From: Tubiluchus corallicola
Taxonomy: Eukaryota; Animalia; Priapulida
Direction: 5' to 3'
DNA length: 64,000 bases
Assembly (NCBI GenBank): GCA_030141605.1
Contig: JAQGDQ010000316.1
Coordinates: forward strand, 1 to 64,000
The translations under genes and the position numbers were made by a program. The notes under the pieces are model-generated. The model saw nothing but the letters and a program-made list of their open reading frames with translations. It was not told where the DNA came from and did not search any database. Positions 51,601 to 62,000 of the stretch are shown piece by piece. The stretch's first letter is position 1; the number at the start of each line of letters is the position of its first letter.

Positions 51601-54600
51601 ACTTACCAAAAGTTCCCACGGTCTTCGCTGTCCAGAGCCCCGCCGTATCTATACGGTATGACCCTCGGACCGCCTCCGACCGAATGAACTCGTCTATTGG
51701 TGTGATATTCAACAACATCTCCAATGCACCGGTAGGAGTACTTGGGAACGCTGAAGAAATCATTAAGCATGCTAATCTCTGTACTTTCTGGAGCATTTTC
51801 CTGAGGTACATTTTTTCCAACCCGCTGACCCAGGACACACACGCATACGTCATGAAAGGACGCACCATTGCCGTGTATATCCATTTCATGATCCGCGGTT
51901 GGATACCCCACGTTTTACCAACAATTTGTCTGCATTGCATAAGTGCCGCCGTCGCCTTGTTGGTGACCCGTGTTATATGGCTCTTTCAAGTCAGTTTACT
52001 GTCTAGGGTTACCCCTAGCAGTTTCGCTTCATTGGAGAGTTGGAGCTTCTGTCCATTCATCCAGAGATCCCCAATATTTGGATTTCTCTTGTTTGTGAAC
52101 ATGATTACTTCGGTCTTACTACTGCTGAATTCTAGTTCAGTTTTCCTGGACCATTCAGCAGCAATGTTAATTACATTTTGCGCCCTCCTTCTGACCGTCG
52201 ATACGTTCGCACTAGCTATTAGTACTGCCAGGTCGTCGGCATAGGCTTGTGCATAAATTCCATTTTCTTCAAATTCCCTAAGCAGAGAGTTCAATACACA
52301 GTTCCATAGCAAGGGAGACAGTATTCCGCCTTGGGGGTTTCCCTTTACTACTTCCCTCTTTACCGTGGCATCACACAGCTCTACTTGGACCGTACGGCAC
52401 CTTACCATGTTCTCAATCCAGCGGATAAGAACTGGCGATACCTCAAGTTCAAGCAATGCGGCGGATATGCTATTAAAAGAAACGTTATCGAATGCCCCAA
52501 CAATATCCAGAAAGACACCTAGTGAGAGCTTCTTTTTAGCAAGACTACGTTCAATACGCTGTACATACTCGTGCAGAGCAGTTTCCGTGGAAACGCCTGC
52601 GCGGAAGCCATACTGCACATTGGATAGTCTTGCTTGTAATGCCACGGGACAGCAATGCTATCAAGCTCTGATTTGTCCCGTCACAGGACAGCAACGCTAT
52701 CACGCTCTGATTGGTCCCGCCACAGGACAGCAACGCTATCAAGCTCTGATTGGTCCCACCAATACAAACATGCCAAACAGCCAGAGTGACACAAAAGTTC
52801 TAAACTGAAACAAAGGGCTAAACTTTGAACAGTTTTCACAAAACTAAAACTTTCAAAGTAATTTAACTGTTGTCAGTGGACATTGTACCTTACATCATCA
52901 TCATCATCATACGCCCGTCACGTCTATTGTAGACATTGGGCAGGCAGAATTCTAAAATAAAAGAAATCTGCCTTCAGACAGGTAAACGCTACAGTAATCC
53001 AGCAAAAAAAAGAAAGAAAAAAGTTTTTTTGCTAGATTGTACCTTACGTACTTACTAATACATTCAGGCAACATGCAACATCTTTGAATGCGACAGTTCT
53101 GAGTTCGCAAGTCAATTCATCTGAAGCATGAAGGCTTCTTTCAAGTTTAGCACTAATACAGAAGTGAAGCAAAGCTGATATGGAAGAAAGAATTAACTTA
53201 ACGAAGAACGCAAACTCATCTTAACAACGTAAAAGCTTATAGCACATACTTTTACAACAAATGTCTCTTTCGTTTTATATTTTGCTAAGCCAGTTAGTAA
53301 GTTATTAAGTTGCAGTTTATAGTTTACTTAGTTTTAATGGCACCCGTGAAAATCACGGAGTTACAATTTTTCTACTTGGTCATTTGTTTTGAATAGTGGA
53401 TTGTTCAATTTTAATCAGTAAACATAATAATTACAAGGTGCAGCAGATTTTGTGAACAAAAATTAAATTGTTTTCTTTAATTTTGATACTGTAGTACTTC
53501 AAATAATGTCAAAAGACATGTAAAATAATAAATACACAAAAATGGGGTTGACTAATTACTGAAATTCGACCCCCTAAACCTTAGAACACTTCTGGGTGCT
53601 AAGCTAAGTTACTATACCAAAAAAAACTGAAAAAAAGACTAGTTCACAGAATAGTTTGCATACTTTTTTGTCACTTAAAGATCTCTTATAAACCTGATTA
53701 CTTACTTTTCCATGCATCGCTAGAAAAAACCGCTATGGAGTGCGGACCTGGGCAAGCCCTTTGCGCATCAACAGTACCGCCTTTCGGATCGCAAGACCTA
53801 CAGTTTGTGGAAAACTGGTTATATGGATATCCGTTACCACATGTGCACCACCTGCTAGCATCCTCGTCGCCATATAAAATGGCAAAATAATAACCATCTT
53901 TGTTACATAGTTTCTTACAATGAGTGACTGGTTGTGTGCCTGAACCAGCATCCAGGAATGGCTGTCTGTAGTTCTCCTCATTATCAAGCCGAAAGCATCC
54001 TTCATAGTCAGTCTTCTCCTCTTCAGCTGAAAAAGGGAAGGACAGGATTGGCTTTCAAAATTTCGAACAGTGTTAAAACAGTATCTACTGTAATGAATTA
54101 AGAAAACTCACAATTAAAAAAACAGGGAAACACAGACAATCTCAAACTGTTGCTGCAGTTTACCATCACGTGAAAGACAAAGCGCAAAAAATTGACAAAA
54201 ACATGATGCTCTAAAAAAATACAAACACGTAGAAATAGAGATGTCAGCCGATGATGATACGTATTTGATAATTATCGATTATCATATCGATACGAAAAAT
54301 TTGTTTTCATCGTTATCGTACAGATATTTTTCCGGGAATATTATTATCGTATGAAATTTCGCATGTATCATTGCTTATTGCTTACCTTTATAAAATCACT
54401 TCACTTAGCTTTTCTATTTATTTACGGTGATTATGCAAAAAAGTAGATAAAAAGAATTATTTAAACTTATAAGCTTGTTAGATGCAGTTGTCTTGTATTT
54501 TTGGCAACAACGATTATTTTACTCTGAAATCTACAGACAAAATATAGAGAGTCCTTTTACACTTTGAACCTGACATGCACATATCAAATACACTGTAAGT

Positions 54601-56018
54601 CAACCCTCGCTAAACCGGACTAATTGGGAAGGGGGGGGCCGATTTATCCGATATGCCTATACATGGTCTATATTATACAGAAATAATCACCTTAATATGG
54701 GGTATATACATTGCACTATATACTATAGTGTATATTACTTTAAAATAGTTAGCCTGTGAGGATAAAGAAATTATTGTACAGTTGGTAGGCCGTGTTGTGT
54801 TTAGCGCTCGGGCTCGGACGGAAATCGGTCAGTTTCCTTTACCACGGATGACGTCCATCTTATCTGATATCCGGGGTAACGGGGTCCGGTTTAACGAGGG
54901 TCAACTGTACTGCATTTTAATTGTCACGTTCCTAGCCTTGTGCAACTCACATAGCTAAATATTTTTATAACAGTTAATGTGTTTGTCTGTTGCATCTTAC
55001 TTATTTGTGAATCATTTTGACAAACAAACTTACATTAACTAGCCTTTTAAATATGCAGCACTGAATGCATTGAAGCACTTAATAATTTTAGTTATTTGGA
55101 AGTTGGAATTGTACATTATAATTAGGTGCTGCCATCTATGGGCTGATCCTGTTACATTCTACCAACTGCTCACCCTCAGTATAATTGTATGGTCCAGTGA
55201 ATGTAAACACACTGGTCCTCCCCCTATTTAAAAGTAATGGTTGTTGTGAAGCCTGTGCAAGTCTGCATAAGTCAAGTCCTATACCTATATGTACTGACTG
55301 GTTTTGCTTTCTAGTCACTTTCAGTGTTCAGTGCAGCAGTTGTGCTACTCATGTTTCTGTAGTCTCTCACTCTCAGTGTTCAGTGCAGGACTCTCTCTCA
55401 CTCTCAGTGTTCAGTGCAGCAGTTGTGCTACTCATGTTTCTGTAGTTTTAAAACACTTTTCTGTTGTGTGCAGTGCAAATATGTATTATAGATTTTTTAT
55501 TCCTATTCATACTTCTGTGCCTAAACTCAATAATAACAAAGTGAGTGAACAACAACTTCAAAATGACTTTCGCAATTAATGACACTTTCTGTTTCTGCAT
55601 AAATCGCTTAACTTCAGTACCATTTTATCCTTCAAAATAATTTATCGTATCGTATCATCAAATTTGTATCATTTAACATCCTTACATAGAAAAAACACAG
55701 AAGCACAGTAAATAAGCACAGTAAATGAATAATGCAGAAACATAAAATCACAGGCCATGAGAGACTACTACTTCAGGATGACCAAAGACAAAAAATTCAT
55801 GTTTGAGTAGCTTTATTACGTTTTATCTGTAAGAAAAATCATAACAAAATATAACAGACTAATTTGAGCAAAAAAAGAAACAAAGAAATTAATAATAAAG
55901 TGAGACTGACTAATCAAAATAAACTTACATCATGGCTCTACTACTCTTGACAAATAAATGGTTTAACTGCGGCAAACAAAAACAACAACAACAACAGCAG
56001 CAGCAGCAGCAGCTACAA

Positions 56019-56062
<44 letters not shown>

Positions 56063-59000
56063 ACAACAACAACAGCAGCAGCAGCAACAACAACAACAAC
56101 AACAACAACAACAGCAATAACTCTCATAGCCAAGAACAGACTGCCAAAAGACCAGGTAAACTAGCTCTGTCAGTAGAGCATGGCAAAAGAAGCCAAGTCA
56201 AGACAAACATACATGAATGCAGTTAAAAAGGACAGTACAGGGGGGTTTACAAAATGAGTGAACACTGAAGTAACAAAATAACCTAAAATCCTTCACAGGC
56301 CACAATAACAGCATAGAATGGAACAGTACAGAAAATAATATTTTGTCCTTTGTCTTTCATTATTGTATCAACATTAATTTAATTGTTGGCTAGTATCGCA
56401 GCTTTACAAACATGCTATAATGACGTTAGTTCCTAAGACATACAGAACGGCTGGAGCATCACAGAGTATTTCAAAATACTCAAAGTGCTTAACTACCCCA
56501 GGATGAAAAGAATTTGCTGCATTTTGCAGTTCATGAAAAACAGCCCTCGCTAAGCAAAAATAATGTATATCTGACATTTTCTGTAGGTTTCAACTCCTCA
56601 TTCAGTGGACTTTCATGCAAAATTATATATGAAATGCATTTGCCCTAGACAAATCTTACACATTGAAAAAAGCATTTTTGGCAAAAAAAATATTTGACAA
56701 AGAAAATTTACAGCAAATACAGTCTTGCACTGTAACTATATACAGTACGAAGTGTGTGAAAGATGCTAATGGAGAAAATTTCACTTATCCAGACACAACA
56801 CTTTAATATACTTCGGCTTGGGGTCTCCTCTACGGAGAAATTGCCACTAAGAGATGACACGACCTTAATTTGTTCTTGGCTGATCGAATGTTTCCATACA
56901 ACAGAGAATGTCTTCTAATCGTCCAGTACTTGACAGACCTCGCAATGATAGCACACTCTTATTTCGTTTTGCCCGACCTCGCAATGATAGCACACTCATA
57001 TTTGGTTTTGCCAGACCTCGCAATGATAGCACACTCATATTTGGTTTTGCCAAGCCTCGCTTTTACGGATGCTGGTACAATTGGACGAACAATCTGGGCC
57101 GTTAAAAAGTCCCGCATACTATGGACACAGTTCGTTGCATCGCGAGCTGACTGCTGGTTGGCAGGCTGTCACTTTGTTTATATCATTACATCAGTGTATC
57201 CAAGCAACATGTAACGATGTGTGTGTAGCTTGTATGTCAGTGTGTTTAAGTGTTTTAACTAAGTGAACTGCCGAAAGGTCTTATATACTTTGCATAGGAG
57301 CTTTGCTTAGAAGACGTTTTTGAGACAATAAGGCGATTAATTCTACACTAGCAAAGGCCCCGCAAAAGATTTTGCGTATAAATACACGTGTAATCAATAA
57401 TACGCGAACATTCTACCTAGTACTCATTTATAACACAAAGCCCGTAACATCCTGCTTACTGTTTGTTTACTTTGCCTGTAGCAGCTTTTTGCTGAATTAA
57501 AGCTATAAGATTATAGACAGAGTACAATGGATGACGTCACTACAATGGCCTTGCGTCAGCAGTTTTCTAAATGAAAATTGTCGAAAATAGAACATCCAAT
57601 TAACTCGTCGGTACTCCTCTCGGTGGACCTGCCCTAAAATATAGCCCACATCATCGTGTAGCCCCGTTCTTTCTCTTTGTAAAGAGCTATATATCTCTTT
57701 CCGAGAGTCCCACCAGGCGCCGCTAGAACGTTTTTTCCGCATGCTGTTTAATCAGAATTTCGAAAAAATCGCGAGTTGGGTCCGGAAAAACGCCCGTTGC
57801 GGGGCGCCGTGGCCCTCTCGCGAATTGTAAATAGGCCTATGACACCCATCGCTGAACGGGCTATCTATCCATACCCAGCACCACCCATGGCCCATTCCCG
57901 TTCTCTACATCTCAGGCGTATAACTTTTGCAAAAAACGGCCGAAAAATGGCCATTTTTGGAGGTTTTTCGCCCCCCCGTTCCTCGCGGTGGGCCCGATTC
58001 GAAAAATAAACCATCAATGAGACGACACTAGATCGAGACCTTTCGTTTGATATATAGATCGCCGCAAATGGTGCCGTTGTCTGGGCTGTAGCCTCGAATC
58101 TTATATATAAATAAATATACCAAGAATATTAATATATAGACTAGCAAAGCCCCGCAAAAGATTTTGCGTAAAAAACCACGTATAATCAATAACACGCGAA
58201 CATCCTACACAGTCCTCATTTATAACACAAAGCCCGTAACATCCTGTCTACTGTATGTCTGTTTATCTAACGCAAACCCGTAGCAGGCAGCTTTTTGCTG
58301 AATTAAAGTTATAAGATTACAGCAGAGTACAATGGATGACGTCAGCACAATGGCATTGCGTCAGCTGTTTTCTAAGCGAAAATTGCCGAAAATAGAACTC
58401 CTAATTAGCTCGTTGATACTCCTCTCGGTGGAGCTGCCCTAAAATATAACCCACATCATCGTGTAGCCCTGTGCTTCCTCTTTCTGATGAGCCATATATC
58501 TCCTTCCGAGAGTCCCACCGGGCGCCCCTAGAAAGTTTTTCCCGCAGGCTGTTTGGTCAAAATTACGAAAAAATCGCGAGTTGGGTCCGGGAAAACGCCC
58601 GTTGCGGGGCACCGTGGCCCTCTCGCGAATTCTAAATAGGCCTATGACACCCATCGCTGAACGGGCTATCTATCCATACCCAGCACCTCCCTCGGCCCAT
58701 TCCCGTTCTCTACATCTCAGCCGTATAACTTTTGCAAAAAACGGCCAAAAAATGGCCATTTTTGGAGGTTTTTCGCCCCCCGTTCCTCGCGGTGGGCCCC
58801 ATTCGAAAAATAAACCCCCAATGAGACGACACTAGATCGAGACCTTTCGTTTGATATATAGATCGCCGCAAATGGTGCCGTCGTCCGGGCTGTAGCCTCG
58901 AATCTTATATATAAATAAATATACCAAGAATATTAATATATAGACTAGCCAAACCCCACAAAAAGAATTTTGTGCACAAATCAACACACAACCCACACCA

Positions 59001-62000
59001 CACCACTCCACCTCATCACACCACACTGCACCACACCATACCACTCCACCTCATCGCACCACACAATACCACCACACCGCACCACACCATACCACCTACA
59101 CACCACACCACCCACACCATACCACTCCACCACATCACACCACATTGCACCATCCACACACCACACCACCCGCACCATAATACTCCACCACATCACACCG
59201 CACAGCACCACACCATAACACCACACTGCACCACACCACCCACACCATACCACTCCACCACATCACACCACACTGCACCGTACCATACCACTGCAGCACA
59301 CCGCACCACCCACACACCACACCACACCACCCACACCATACAACTCCACCACATCATACCACACTGCACCACACCACATCGCACCACCCACACACCACAC
59401 CACCCACACCATAATACTCCACCACATCACACCACACTGCACCACAACACCCACACACCATGCCACCCACTCCATACCACACTACCCACACCACACCCCA
59501 CACACCCTATCACCCCACCACACCATCCATAGCACAACACACAAAGCACACCACCACCACATCAAATCCACCACCTCACGTGGTGATCATGATGTTGATG
59601 AGGATGATGATGATGGTGGCAACGATGACGACACCTATAGCACAAGCACCAACAGCACAGCATTACAACAAAACCATTCCAAACATTTTTCACAAAGTTG
59701 AAACTATGTGCTATAATATAATAAATAGCAAAGGCCCCGCAAAAGATTTTGCGTAAAAAACCACGTATAATCAATAACACGCGAACATCCTACCTAGTCC
59801 TCATTTATTACACAAAGCCCGTAACATCATGCCTACTGTTTGCTTAACTAACGCAAACCCGTAGCAGGCAGCTTTTTGCTGAATTAAAGTTATAAGATTA
59901 CAGCAGAGTACAATGGATGACGTCACAACAATGCCTTTGCGTCAATAGTTTTCTAAGCGAAAATTGCCGAAAATAGAACTCCTAATTAACTCGCCAATAC
60001 TCCTCTCGGTGGACCTGCCCTAACATATAGCCCACACCATCGTGTAGCCCCGTTCTTCCTCTTTGTAAAGAGCCCCATATCTCCTTCCTAGAGTCCCACA
60101 GGGCGACGCTAGAACGTTTTTCCCGCAGGCTGTTTGGTCAAAATTTCGAAAAAATCGCGAGTTGTGTCCGGGAAAACGCCCGTTGCGGGACCCCGTGGTC
60201 CTCTCGCGAATTCTAAATAGGCCTATGACACCCACCGCTGAACGGGCTATCTATCCATACCCAGTACCCCCCTCGGCCCGTTCCCGTTCTCTACATCTCA
60301 GCCGTATAACTTTTGCAAAAAACGCCCGAAAAAGGGCCATTTTTGGAGGTTTTTCGCCCCCCGTTCCTCGCGGTGGGCCCCATTCGAAAAATAAACCATC
60401 AATGGCACGACACTAGATCGAGACCTTTCGTTTGATATATAGATCGCCGCAAATGGTGCCATCGTCCGGGCTGTAGCCTCGAATCTTATATATAAATAAA
60501 TATATATATATATATACCAAGAATATTAATATAAGAGATAATCGTGAGAATAATATGCAGCACCTACTGTATTAGTGTAGTACTGGTAAATATGGCTAAT
60601 GGGTGAATTCAGGCCGATGTCCCCCCGGTTTTGCCTGGCAAACCGAAATACGAGGGTAGATTTTGCTAATGACGGTGGCTTTAGTAGTGATTCTGTTACT
60701 AATTGAAAAATTACCTCCGGTGTCATAAACAGCAAATGCCTCGCTGTCATTACCGCAGAAACCCAGTTCACCACCTTTACATCTTGTGCAGGCTGTCGAG
60801 CTAGCTTTAGCATTAAATGACACCCCTGGTCCACCGTCGCAGTAACACTGACCTGTGCCAGAGATGGACTGGAAGAATGCCAAGTGAGCAGCACGTGTTT
60901 GTACAAGTTGATTTTTATTGTAGTTAACATGGTCACGGCAGATCTTTAAACAGTGATACGGTGTCTCGGCGTTATCACTAAGGCTGAAGCCAACATACCA
61001 GGATGGAATGTGCCAACATCCACGGAACTCATGCCTTTCCTTTTGCCACTCAAAAAAAACTAAAAAAGAATGAGAGTCTCGGACTAATAACAAGATAATT
61101 TACTCAAGCAGCAGAGTCCAGTGACTTAAAAAAGCAAATTGATAACAAACTAACCAAGCAAACTAACATATGACTGTTAACTAATAAATTAATTAAAAAC
61201 TAATCAATAAAGCTAGAGTAAAAAGTATGTTAGTAGGCAAACCAACAAAAAAGTGTATTTGTAACTAGATAGATGGTCACTTGATGTTGACAGCTGGTGC
61301 TTGCCAACTAACACGCCATAAACAGTTTTGTTACAGTCCTGGATAAGTAAAATAGTAAAGCACAGAACTAGCACAACAATTCTCATGCTAACATTTGATT
61401 GAAATTAGTTTGGTGCACAATGTTTTCCTTTGTTGTTTGTGCTCCTCTAAACTTCTAGGTAACCGTAGACGCTGATGTGCATATTTTCTGGCCACGTAGC
61501 AAACAAAAAATGTTAACAACATATCAAAAAGCTAAATGTCTTGACCAGCAAGGGACCCCAGCATGTTCACAGACAGAGAAAAAGTTTACGGTGCATGCCT
61601 CAAATTCCAAGAAATTCTCAATGTACTACAAAAACTTCTATTGTCGTCAATTTGACAATACATATCCCCTTTAAAGACAGTAATTAAACGTTCAATGGCT
61701 CTCTCTAAAACTACGAATAATTCTAATAACAAAATTTTATTCAAATTGGCAATTCTAAATTCCGAGTGCAGCTCACCACCTTTGGGAAAGAATAAAATTT
61801 TTCTCTGTTACTATGACGACAATTATGCAGGTCTTCAATAATCGGATAATATTTGAACTATCTTGAACAAGAAGATAAAGGTAACTGCATTTACAGATGA
61901 GGTAAGTGAAACTAAAAAACTAACACTTTTAATTAACTAGGGTTCAGGGTAGGTAGGTGGCAGGAGACTGTATAATACCAGTATAACACAACGTAGGTAG

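Noticed and set aside
51986-51988. In-frame TGA in LINE ORF as recoding or alternative genetic code
   Set aside because: Position corresponds to the conserved W of 'KLTW'; other Trp codons are TGG; a single G>A nonsense mutation is simpler.
55929-56120. PolyQ protein ORF (+) or a 38-nt minus-strand mini-exon (55929-55966, cag/gtaagt)
   Set aside because: ORF is just a CAA/CAG microsatellite; the mini-exon is open only in phase 0-2, incompatible with the flanking phase-1 exons.
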